Source: Cladosporium halotolerans (Eukaryota). From it: a stretch of DNA of 64,000 bases. A program made the position numbers and the translations under genes. The stretch is taken from NCBI RefSeq assembly GCF_011745625.1, contig NW_027191466.1, forward strand, positions 124,001 to 188,000, written 5' to 3'. Shown one piece after another: positions 35,410 through 47,570 of this stretch (positions are counted from its first letter, which is position 1; each line of letters starts with the position of its first letter). Under the pieces are notes generated by a model. That model ran no database searches. It was not told where the DNA came from and saw nothing but the letters and a program-made list of their open reading frames with translations.

Positions 35410-37094
35410 ATGGGTGGTCCCTCGGGTGTCGTCGCCTCAAGCGGCAATGAGGTCTACAAGTCTCTATCCAACAATGTGAACCCTTCGTGGATACGTGACA
35501 AGGGCCTTAGGCATCTAAACTTTGCTATAGGTGCCATGTTCGCATCTGCGGCCGCCAATGGTTACGATGGCTCACTCATCAACGGACTGCTGGCCATGCC
35601 CTACTTCAACTCCAACCTGGGAGACCCGAACTCAAGCCTCTTGGGCGTCACTCTTGCTGGAATTAGTCTCGGTGGTCTTCCATCCTTCATCCCAGCTTCG
35701 TATGTCAGCGACTACCTCGGTCGCCGAATCACAGTCGCTATCGGCTCAGCCCTGATGTTGGCCGCGGCCATCATTCAGTGTGCCACGTCTGGTGTCTACG
35801 CCTTCCTGGGTACTCGCATCATGCTCGGTGTTGGTCTCGGATTCTCCCAGACGGCTGCGCCGCCTCTGACAGCGGAGATTGCTCACCCGAAGCACCGCGC
35901 CAATGTTACCAACCTCTTTCAGGCCATCTGGTTCTGGGGAGCAATTATGTCCGCCATCATGTCGCTGGGATTCTTGTTCGTCGACAATAGTTGGAGCTGG
36001 CGCATCCCTTGCTTATTTCAAGGTTTCTTCCCTGGCATCCAGCTTTTGGGTCTTTTTTGGGTCCCGGAATCTCCAAGATGGCTCGTATCAAAGAATCGCC
36101 ATCAGGACGCTCTCCGGATTCTTGCGAGATTCCATGCAAATGGCGATACTGACGATCAGCTGGTGCAATTCGAATATCAGGAGATCTGCCAAGCTCTGGA
36201 ACTCGAGCGAGAAGTCGCCAGGTCTACCGGATGGTCAACTTTCTTCGCTACAAAAGGCAACAGACATCGTCTCCTCATTTGCGTCTTGGTTGGGTTCATG
36301 ATCCAGTGGGCTGGCAACGGTATCGTATCTTGTGAGTATCTATTGTCTTTTCCCAACTTTTAGGACAAATGCTAACGCAGATAAAGACTACCTGGCGCCC
36401 ATCCTCAAGAGCGTTGGCATCACGAGCTCCGTCACTCAGGCCTGTATCAACCTTGCCCTGCAGGTCTGGAATGCTTTCTTTGCATTCGGTGGTGCTATCA
36501 GCGCAGAGCGTTTTGGCCGCCGTCCGCTTTGGCTCATCTCCGCCTCGGGCATGCTCGTATCATTCGTCGTTGTCACAGCTCTCAGTGCCACCTTCGCTGA
36601 GCATGCCATCAAAGCTGCTGGCAGCGCTACGGTTGCCTTTCTCTTCATCTTCTTCGCTTTCTACGACATCGCTTTCACGCCTCTCTCTATCGCCTACCCA
36701 GTTGAGATTCTGCCCTTCTCCCTCCGAGCCAAGGGTCTTGCCGTCAACTTGACTACCGTATTCGGCGCCGGATTGTAAGTACTTCTCCGCTACATTGCAC
36801 TCAAATGCTTCATGCTGACTCAATTTCAGCTTCAACCAATTTTGCAATCCCATCGCCCTTGAAGCAATCGCCTGGAAGTTCTACTTCGTCTACATCGGTA
36901 CGCTGGCGGCCATGATTCCGACGATCTACTTCCTTTTCCCGGAGACAAAGGGCAGAACCCTTGAAGAGATCGCCAAGGTTTTCGATGGCGAGGCTGCTGA
37001 GACTGCCGCGTTTCGCCAAGCATCCCTCGATATGACGCTGAAGGAACGCCACGAGAAGACGGTCACGCACGTCGATCACACCGAGGAGGTCTGA
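35410..37094 (+). CDS. MFS sugar porter, lactose/cellodextrin-permease-like (exons 35410-36331, 36387-36774, 36830-37094)
   Basis: GYDGSLING, SDYLGRR, EIAHPKHRA, WSWRIP, PESPRWL, spliced QWAGNGIVSYYL, AERFGRR and PETKGRTLEEI. Confidence 0.93.
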
Positions 37095-38759
37095 GGGATG
37101 TTTTTGAGATGTAGATTACGCAGTATGGAAAAAATGGGCATTCATGTTATCGCGTTGTTACCACGGGCCTCCGGAGCTCATTGCAGTGCCACTGCCAAAT
37201 TTGCTGATTTGGCCAGTCTAAACAAAATCAGATGACCGACTTCTTCATTCCGGCTCGTTCCCACAAAATGGTGCATGAGCTGTGGTAAACCTGTTACGCA
37301 ACTTCACACAGGATGTAACGAGAGTCAGGATCATGTACAGTAGTACCCGGTCAGGATGCATGAAGAAAGCTTAGCATTCAGGAACAGGCAGTTGAAGCAC
37401 GGGGCCAAGGAGTTGAGATCCTACACACGTGGAGAGGTCAACGGAGATCGCCCCACTGTTCGCCAGATCCCACAAGGAACCCCAACCATAATTCCGGGGG
37501 GAGATCTTGATCCTTGGTTCAGGAGACTTCACGTACTCTCTTCTCTTCCTCCCAACCTTGTTTCTTGGGTACGAGCAATGCGAGGCTGTTTGCATCTTCG
37601 CTTACCTGCGCACATGCCTTATCGCCCGCTATGAAACCTAGGCGGTCACGCTCTCCCTTTATTCGGCGCAATGCTGTATGGTCATTCGCCTGTTATGCCA
37701 CCGATATAGCTCACGAGCCGGCAAGAGCCGACACAGCCCTTCTTGCACAATACTTAACACAGCAGCGCCTCTTGCACGTAAGCGAGCTTGCAACCAAAGC
37801 TTCTTGAAATTATGCACCAATGGTTGGCGAGCGTTGGTCGGAGGCGCTCAGCCTCCGACAAGCGCGGCGTCTGGCCACGTCCGTCACGCTTTTCTTTTGG
37901 ACTTCACCCGCTTCGGCTCAAGGCTGCCCCCCATCTGCCGCAACCATGGCCTCGGCGCATTTCCTATTTTGGCTGAGCGAAGTCGAAACTTCCAGGATCA
38001 AGCGATGCCATAGTCTTCTTCTGTGCCGGTTTGAGAAATGCCCTAGATGTCCAGGGAAACTACGGAGATTTCCCCGAACGACCCGGCAGGCGAGATCGAC
38101 CCAGGCATGTTGTCGTCTCTGTGGGCAGACCGGGTATCGCGTATGTCCGTAGCACCCGATCGACTTTTTTGATGCTGGAATGTTGCGGCTGCTCACATCT
38201 GACGAACGGGCCCCGTAGCGCCGACGAGGCACGTAATGGTCCACGTCCTCGTACATTGTGGCGTATATTCGACAAAAGGTTCTCATCGCCTCTTCAAGGT
38301 CAGAATGGACTCTGTAGGGAGTCTTGTATCCACGCCGTTCGGACCCACTTAAGAGTTAGTCTCGCCATTCTGTATGCTCTCCCACGTGGAAGACACGGAC
38401 CGCCACCGGTAACGCAACCCGCCCTCCTGGATAGCGCCGCGAGCTAAGGACGCGGCCGACAACGGCAATGGCGTATTCGTGCGAGCCAGAACGACCACAC
38501 GGCTCTTTCCACGCAAGAATCATCCCAATCTGATCGAATCCAGGTGATGGCAAAGAAAAACGTGGCGTCGTTATCGCCCGCCAACAATGATTGGAAGATG
38601 CGGGCGATGACTTTGATGCTCGCGTATATGAGGCGGCATGCAGCTCACGCAGATGTTTGAAGCGAGCATTCCCTCTTACCAATTCTTTGCAGGCCTCACC
38701 TTGCCACTGTACAGCTCACAAGCTGCTTGGGGCTGCCATTTGCCTCTCGAACCGCGGAG

Positions 38760-41700
38760 ATGAGATCCTTAGCTACTGGCTTCATAGGCTTTATCAGTCT
38801 TGTCACTGCACAGTCGAGCTTTTCAGCGGATACATCTTCGTCGTCGACTTATGGACAATCTTCGGCCACTACCATCTCATCAACTTCTTCATCCTCCGTG
38901 TCGTCTACCACTGCGTCGGTTAGTGCAAGCATTACCTCTAACCCAAGCGTGCTTACCGTTGCTCCCGATGGATCCGCCGAATTCACCGCCATCAATGCAG
39001 CCGTCTCAGCAGCACAAATTCGAGGCATTCCCTCGGTGAGCGTGAAAGCGGGCACTTACAGCGAGAGCATTGTCATTCAAGGCACGCAGATCGTCACAAT
39101 CGCTGGCCCTGCGGCCAGCAGCTATGCTGGCAATCAAGTCACCATCTCAGCCAGTGCCGCAAATGGTGTGGTTTCTTTCAACACCCAGAAGTCCAGCGGC
39201 ATAGTCTTTCGCAACTTGAACATCATCAACACCTTGGCGACCTCAGCTTCTGTCAAGGCTCCAGCTGTCTACGCTTGGGGATCCAACATTCTGCTAGATA
39301 CTGTTTCTCTAATCTCAGGTGGTACAGGTGTCTATCAAGCTGGATTGGGTACGACGCTCATCAGCAACTCCTACATCGAAGGTACGGTAGATCTAGTCAA
39401 TTATAGGGAGACCTCGAGCTAAACGCATCTAGGCGCTGATAAACTGTTCTATCAATATGTCACCGCCTATGTCTACAACTCCGTAATCGTTCCAACGGCT
39501 GCTTCGGCGTCCATTGGGTACCTTCAGGGTTATCAGACCGGCGGTGTGTGGTACAACTCGTCATTGATAGTAGACTCTAGCAGCGTCCAGCAAAAGTCGG
39601 GCCTCACCAACACCTTCGTTTATCTGGCTGAACCCAACGGAAACTCGACGGTTGCTGTCTATCGAAACACCGCTCTCGGGAGCTTGATTGCTCCGGCAGC
39701 CCTTCGATCGACTTCTTGCACAAAGTATGCAGCAACATACTATGGAGAGTTCAGCAACACCGGCCCTGGTGCCATGACGGCTTCTAATTCCGCTACTCGC
39801 GCTGCCGTCTGCGACCGAGCGTTTGCTGCCGATCAGATGTCCGCTTTCTCTATTGACCAAGTCTTCGGTCACTCGTTCCCTGGATACTCCAGCTTCGATA
39901 CTACTTGGGTGCCTTCTTCTATCCTCAAAGCTATCAAGGAGTCGGATGCTTCGCAGATCGCAAGTGTTTCGAGCGCGGGCAGTACCGCAAGCAGTTCAAC
40001 CACAAGCTCCGTCTCCACGAGCTCCGCTTCTTCAAGCCTTCTAACGACCAGTTCGGATACTTCAAGCCTCTCATCTGCGGTGAGCCCGACATCAAGCCTT
40101 GGCAGCTCATCCAGCAGCAGCCTGGTCTCGACTACGTCAGATGCTTCGTCGACTCTCTCTAGCACGCAATCTTCTGCAAGCTCCGTTGTTACAGTTGCCC
40201 CCTCTTCGGCACAATTTACCGACATCAATGCGGCAGTCTCATTTGCGCAAAACTCCGGCATTCCTTCAGTGTCTGTGTTGGCCGGCACTTATGGCCCTGT
40301 CACCGTCGTTGGCACTCAGACTCTCACAATTGCTGGCCCGTCTGCTACCGCTGTGTCGGACAATCAGGTTGTTATCTCATCCAATGGCGCTGCCGGATCA
40401 GTCAGCTTCGGCACTGCAAATGGCCGGGGTTTGACTTTGCGCAATTTGAACATCACAAACACCGCAACATCTAACGTCGGTCCGGCAATTAATGCTAAAG
40501 GAGTCAACCTCGGAATCTACACGTGTGCCCTGGTCAGCAGCGCTCAGGGTGTTTACCAAGCCACTTATGGTTTCACATTGATCGCAAACAGCTTCATCCA
40601 AGGTACCGATAAGCTTTTTTACAACTACCCAACGCTTTATGTCTACAACAGCTTCATTGTTCCTACGTCCTCCGGCTCATCCATCTTTTACGGAAAGGGC
40701 GTCGCCAATGCAGGTGTCAACTACAACGCAACGCTTGTAGTTGATTCGAGCTCCGTCCAAGGATCTGCAAGCAACGTTTACCTCGCAACTCCTAACGGTG
40801 CGGCAGGTTTGATCAATGTGGTGTACCGCGGCTCTTCCCTGAGTAGCGTGATAGCTGCCTCTGGAGTTTACTCATCCGCTTGCACTGCGCCTGGGTCTGT
40901 CTTTGGCGAATTCCAGAATACTGGAGCTGGATCCTACTCTAACAATGCGGCCAGCCGTGGGGCTGCTTCTTGCGATTACTTGCTCTCTGCAGATCAGGTC
41001 TCAGCATACAACATCTCAACTGTATTTGGAAACACATATCCCGGATATGCATCTTCAGACACCACTTGGATTGACCAGACGATCCTCGCTTCCATCCGAG
41101 AATCTGATGCTGCTCAGCTTTCTTCAGCATCTGCCTCGCCTACCAGTACCAGCAGCACTGCAACCTCTTCTGCATCCTCCACCGCGTCTTCATGCGTCAC
41201 GCCTACACCTTCTGCGACGCTTGTAGTCTCACAAAATGCTCCGGACTGCAGTTATGCCAACATCTCTGCAGCTATCAGTGCTCTTCCGAACGACAATCAG
41301 CCTTACACCATCAAGATTGAACCCGGTGTATACGAAGAGCAGATTAGCATAACTCGCAACGGAAAAGTCACGTTGGTCGGCGAAAGCAGCAGTCCGGAAG
41401 ATTACAGTCAGAATAAAGTCACGGTGCAGTTCTCGAGAGGCGAGCTGACTAGCGCCGGCAAGAACGAGCAAACTCCAGTCTTGAACGTGAAGAAGACAGG
41501 CTCAAAGCCAGACTTTGCAGCTTACAACATTGACTTCATCAACACATATACTCAGACGGCCAATACTGCCGCTCTAGCTGCCGATTTCTATGGAACCAAC
41601 TTCGCAGCTTACGGCTGCTCCTTCGTCGGATTTCAGGACACCTTGCTCGCGAACAAGGGCACGCAAGTTTTTGCAAACTGTTACATTGAGGGAAGCATTG

Positions 41701-44700
41701 ACTTTTGCTGGGGCTTTGGCACTGCGTATTTCTATCGCTCCATTCTCAGCTCTAACACAAGGGGGTTCGTTGCTGCTCAAGGACGCGTTGCGGGCACGAC
41801 AGCTGCCTACGTCTATGATGAGTGCAAGGTGACCTACAAGGAGAGCACATACGGCAACACTTTCGGGAACACATACTTGGGCCGACCTTACAGCAGCTAC
41901 TCGACTGTCGTCTACAAGAACTCGTATCTGGACAAGCACATCAACTCTGCAGGCTGGACTATCTGGTCCACCAGTAGCCCACAAATATCAAACGTCGTGT
42001 TTGGTGAATTCAACAACAGTGGCCCTGCGAGCTGGCAGGCTGGCTCTGTCCGCGCTTCTTTTGCCACAAATATGACTTCAGATCAGGCAGCAGTCTACTC
42101 TCTGTCCAGCGTCGTCGGAGACACTTCCTTCATCGACCAAACAGCGTGGAACTACCCAGCTCCTTTCAATGTCAGCGCGGACCCGACGACTGGCAACACA
42201 CCGGATCCGACATCTACATCTCGCCCTACTTCAACCGCGTCGATCAATGCCCATCCGGAGAGTGGATCGGTGCCTCCACAGTTTGCTGTGCTGGTTTCGC
42301 CAAATGCCGAGGTGAATGGCTCGTATTCTAACATCACGGCCGCTCTTTCCTCTCTCCCGAATGACAACACCAACCAGACCATTTTCATCTACGCTGGCTC
42401 CTATGTCGAGCAATTGCCATCTATCAATCGACCAGGAGCTGTCCGTCTGATCGGATACACTTCCGCCAATTCTGGTCAGTCCTACAAGGATAACCAGGTC
42501 ACTGTCTCCTTCAGCCGTGGACTTTCGGTTTCGCCTCTTCCTGCCGGACACAGTAACTCAGAGACCGCTGTCGTCAGCACCACATCAAGCCGAATTTCGT
42601 TCTACAATATCAACATTGTGAACACAGAGAATATGGATGGCGCTCAAGCAAGCTATGTTACCCTTGCTGCTTCCATTTACGGCAGCAACATCGGTTTCTA
42701 TGCTTGCTCTTTCAATGGGTGGCAAGACACTCTTCTCACTGGCACCACAACTGGATACCAATACTACGAGTCTTGCTACATCGGAGGCGCGATCGACTTC
42801 ATCTACGGCTATTCAATGGCTTACTTCAAAGGCTGCACCATTGGCGCTAAGCGATCCTCGTCCGCGATCACCGCACAAAGCCGAGCTTCCTCCTCTGCAA
42901 TTGGTGGCTACGTGTTCGACCAGTGTCTTTTCACTAGTGCCCCGGATGCCACCGTGGATCTGACAGGCCGTGTCTACCTTGGTCGTCCGTACTCTGCCTA
43001 CGCTCGTGTGGTGGTCAAGAATTCGTATCTCGACAAAACGATTCAGCCCGCTGGATGGAAGATCTGGTCACCGACTGATCCTCGCACTGACTTCATCACA
43101 TTCGCTGAGTTCAACAATTCGGGTCCTTCGAATTGGGAAAACAACTCTGCTGCACGTCTTGCATTCGAGAATGCTACGCTGCTTACTTCTGATACTTATG
43201 GTCTCTCGAACGTCATGCCGTCTACCGACTGGATTGATATGACCTACTGGAACTCTATCGTCACGCCGCAGCCTGCGGTCGCAATTCCCGCCCCTGGAAA
43301 CACGACCGTCTCCGGTAATTCTGCCTATAATGGCACAGCTCCGCCTGCTGGAGCTCTCGTGGTATCGCAGAAGCCCATCGACGGTCAAACCGTCTTTCCC
43401 ACAATTCAGGAGGCCCTTAATGCTGCACCTACCTCTAGCAAGACGAATGCCACGATTTTCATTTACCCAGGTACCTACAATGAACAGCTCATCGTTAGCA
43501 AGGCCGGAACAACAATTCTCATGGGCTATTCTGACGCCACGGACGACTACAACCAGAACCAAGTCACTATTCAGCAGAGTTATGGCGTTGATACCCAAGG
43601 CGACGGAAGCAACGTTGATGCAGCCACAGTCTATGCTACAGGTAATTTCTTCTATGCTTACAACATCAACTTCAAGAACAACAATGGCACGCAACAAGAT
43701 ATTGCCTCGGTTGGGTTTGCGGTCAAGAGTAGCAAGTTCGCGTTCATGCATGGATGCCAGATTTACGGCAACCAAGACACGCTGTACATCTCCGGATCTA
43801 TGTTCGCCTTCAAAAGTCTGGTTATTGGAAACATCGACTTTATCTTTGGGTCAGGGCTGGGCTACTTCCTCAATAGTACCATTGCTCCGAACGAGGAGGG
43901 CAATTCAATCACTGCGGCCAAGCGTGCTACCAGCACCACGGCAGGAGGCTTCGTCTTTGACAAGTGCTCCGTGGTGCCTGCCCCTGGTGTTGATGCATCT
44001 GGATGGAAGAATGTCAGTCTCGGACGGCCTTGGAACCAATTTGCCAACGTGGCCTACATCGATACCTACCTGCATGGCATGGTTGGTGCTGCAGGCTGGG
44101 ATCAATGGAGCAAATCTAGCCCACAAACCGATGGTGTTTCCTTTGGCGAGTACCACAACAATGGTCCCGGATCCAGCACTTGCGGTAGAGCAAGCTTCTC
44201 CAAACAACTGACCGATTCCGAGGTGCTGTCTTATCAGCTGTGAGTGTATCCTGTTCTCTATCCGGTGGCACGTACTGACTTTTGACAGCCAAAACTTCTT
44301 CGTATCCGCCACCTGGATCGACTTCAGCGTTGTTGACGTCCAGCCCTTTGCCGTAGGCGATGGCAATGTCCCAGCTTGCGTTGCGCCGACAGTCACGTCG
44401 AGCACCGTGTCGGTGCCCAGTACTTCAAGCACGCTGAGCTCTTCCACCACCCTGCCCATGGTCACTGTCTATACAACCAAGACCTACACGGAGAAACAGA
44501 TCAGCACGATCAGCGTGACTAACGCGCCAGTCACGAGCACCTCTACGGTTGTTCTCCGTGGCGCCGACGGTAGCACAATCACGCCTTCGCCGGCTTTCAA
44601 GACCTCTGTAATCAAGGCTACTTCTATTCTGTCAAGCACAGTCACACGAGCCGACATTACCGAGACCTTGAAGTCGACCCAGACGACGCGATTGACCTCG

Positions 44701-45678
44701 ACGACTCAGGGCAAACCTTCAACAGTCAAGACCACTGAGCTCGTCTACTGGACGTCTACCTACTCTCCGAAAGCCGTAACTGTGAAGGCAACCACGACTT
44801 TGCATATTACTTCCACCATTACGCCTAAGGCAACTACGGTTACCGACAACCAAGGCCAGCTGCAAACCTCCTATGTCACGAGGACAGAGAAAGGCGTCAG
44901 CAAAACGAGCTCTATCTCCCTTTCTGGAGCCTTGGTTGTCAAAACTACTACAGCAAAAGCGAGCACTGTCTTACAGTCTACGACTTCCACTCAGACTTCG
45001 ACCAAGAAAACCACAATTACGTGCGCGCCATCCTCGGGCGCTCGTCTTTTCCGAAGAGGCTTGGAGGCCCGCGCTGAAGGCTCCACGACAATCACGGTCA
45101 ATACGACGATCACGTCTTTCACAAAAACGTCCACAATCAGCTTGCCAGGCCCCACGGAGTGGGCAACGGTTAGTAGCACGAGCTCCGGCCGTCCAGGGAC
45201 GACTCTCAAGCCCGCGACGTCGACCATTCTCTCTACCTCCTTCGCCACTTCCACGGCAACCCAGACAATCTCAGGAAATCGAATCACGATCACGAGCCTG
45301 GCCACCCGTACCTCAGTGACGACGGTCACGCAGCCCGCCACCACGATCACAAGCGTCGTCCGATCGACATCTACCTCCATTCTGACCGAACCTGGCACAA
45401 CTTCGACGAGCTACAGGATCGTCTCCAGCACGAGCTACACCACGCTGCCAACGCCCACTTCCACGATCGTTAACAACGCAAACCGAGTCACGACGCTGAC
45501 GACCACTCTGCCGGCCTCCACCACAACCATTTTCCGAACAATGTCTGGAAAAGCCACGACGTCGACGTCGACGATTCTGGCGCCGGCTGTGACGAAGACA
45601 ACGACGTTGAAGAGTGTGTCAACGATCTTCCAGACATCGACGAAGACCAGCGCGGGCGCGCCGAGATGTACTGCTTGA
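38760..45678 (+). CDS. Giant secreted CE8 pectin-methylesterase-like protein with five tandem domains and a Thr-rich tail, ~2272 aa (exons 38760-39381, 39433-44239, 44289-45678)
   Basis: Signal peptide MRSLATGFIGFISLVTA. Two GT-AG introns join the three ORFs in frame. Repeated CE8 motifs: I.AA...G.Y.E, QDTL, G..DF..G, LGRP(Y/W) and GEF.N.GP. Confidence 0.9.
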
Positions 45679-45846
45679 AGGGGGAGGAACGAAAGCTTTC
45701 ATTTCATTCTAGACGCAGTTCTAATGTACTTCGACTTCAAAATCACGTCTACTCTCATGCTTGAGACTCATCTCATGCTTTTTGTTGAGCCTTGATATCT
45801 TGGCGCATAATCCGTGCATGGTTTCACCCTTTGATTTGTTGAGCCA

Positions 45847-47078
45847 TCAAAGCTTGAAGACGTTCTTTACCCTCCTGTCTTTCCCAACAACCAACCTCAA
45901 TTGGCGTCCCTGCTCGGGATAGATGCCCTTTCTTAGCACTTCCGTATAGATCTCATACGCGGGATAATCTGATCTCATTGTCAACCAGCGATCTCCCTAC
46001 TAATGCTAAGGCAGAGCTCTTACAGCCGTTGACAAAATTGTTGACCTGTTCTACGCTCATGCCGGTACCTTTGGAGGCCCGCATCGCTGCTTCTTGCTGT
46101 TGACGCCAATCGTATACATACTGGGTGTCCTCTGCGTCTCTGTAGATGATCGGTCAATAGAATTCATGGGACTCAAACGGCAATACTCACATGTGCACGA
46201 ACGCGCCAAGCTGGCTAGACAACAAAGTCAGCTCACATCATCCTCATTTTGCCACACAAGCAGGTGTAACCCCCTTACCTGGTCATCTCATCATACTCTC
46301 TCAATCTCTCGTTAACAAATAGCACACTCTTCAACTGCAGCCTTCCCAACCTCCCCTCATAATTCTCCCCTTTCGCCTTAAATTCCTCTACGGCAGCCTT
46401 CCACTTCGCTTCTACCTCCCCATCGCTTAGCGCCCTGAACCCCACACACCAGCCCTCAAAGATCACCACCTCGACAGGCTTCTCGCCATCGCGGTTGCAC
46501 GTCTCCCACTCGCCCTCCGGCCTTCTGTCACCCGCGCCATTGAACGCCGACTTGTCGTATGAAGGGACGCGGACATTGGGCTTACGGCTCGCAATCGAGG
46601 AGAAGAGATCTGTTCCGAGCTTTACCTCGTGCGTAGATGGCTGACCACGATGCTGGACTAGGGGGTTCGCGGGCTGAGAGGCGGCGAGGGCTTCCTGCTG
46701 GGTGTGCGGGAGGTAGAGGTCGTCGATTGAGAACACGAGGGTGGGGAGGTTGTGAGGCGCGGAGGAGAGGGTTTGAGAGAGGGTCGTTACCTACAATTTG
46801 CTCAAATCTTAGCGGCCGCGCATTTGGGACCCTCCATTGCAGTGCTTTGGACGACGTGTGCAGGTTCTCTCGGGGTCTGCTTTCGATGTGGCTGGAACAC
46901 GAGAACATAGACATGTGCATACCAAAGTAGTCTTGCCTGCGCCTTGTACACCATTCAGTCCTACAAAGAACGGCGGAGCTTGTTGTCCCTTTGAGGCATA
47001 GAGCTCACGGTGTTTGGTTATGCGGTCGATGATGAAGGGCACACAGTGCTCTGACTTATCGTCAATGATCTGAGCCAT
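45847..47078 (-). CDS. TDA10: TDA10-like P-loop kinase (exons 46923-47078, 46279-46790, 46191-46214, 46024-46139, 45847-45968)
   Basis: GLNGVQGAGKTT, SIDDLYL, QHRGQPSTH, PSYDKSAFNGAGDR, FEGWCVGF, WRQQQE and YYPAYE. Four GT-AG introns keep the frame. Confidence 0.88.
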
Positions 47079-47242
47079 GTTTGAAGACGTGATAATGAGG
47101 ATCGAATTGTGTCTTTTTGGGTTCAGGATTCTCCACGGAGGCCGGTCGCCACAAGCTATATCTATACAGAGCTATGAGTCTCAACGATGGCGGCGGCAAT
47201 TCATTGCTCCAAGTATCGGCCTTTGATAGGCCGATGTTGGCT

Positions 47243-47270
47243 TCACGTGAGGGCATCAGCCGGTCACGTG
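47243..47270. promoter_or_regulatory. Two TCACGTG E-boxes (Cbf1-type) upstream of cystathionine beta-lyase
   Basis: TCACGTGA at 47243-47250 and GTCACGTG at 47263-47270. Confidence 0.5.
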
Positions 47271-47570
47271 TGCTGGCAAAAAGCTGGCCCGCATCTGCCG
47301 AAGTCGGCAATCACATCATCGCGCACCCACACTTTGTTTGGCAGCGAGTGGCCTCGCCAGGTGCCTTGCATGACTCCACATGAGGGCTGACTTCTTTCCA
47401 CCGTGGGATCGGTAGCAATCTCTCCTCGCGATTCTTACAATTCGATATCTCATAATCACAGGAGCCCATCTTCTCGGACTCCGCCCACCATTTACCCAAC
47501 ATAGCAACACAGCGCTGAGGTCTCTGGCCCTCACTAAAAAACCACCAATCTCCCAAACCACACATCCACC

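Noticed and set aside
46791..46922. Longer TDA10 intron as a snoRNA host or nested intron
   Set aside because: No C/D boxes seen, and the internal GT-AG span is too short for a nested intron.
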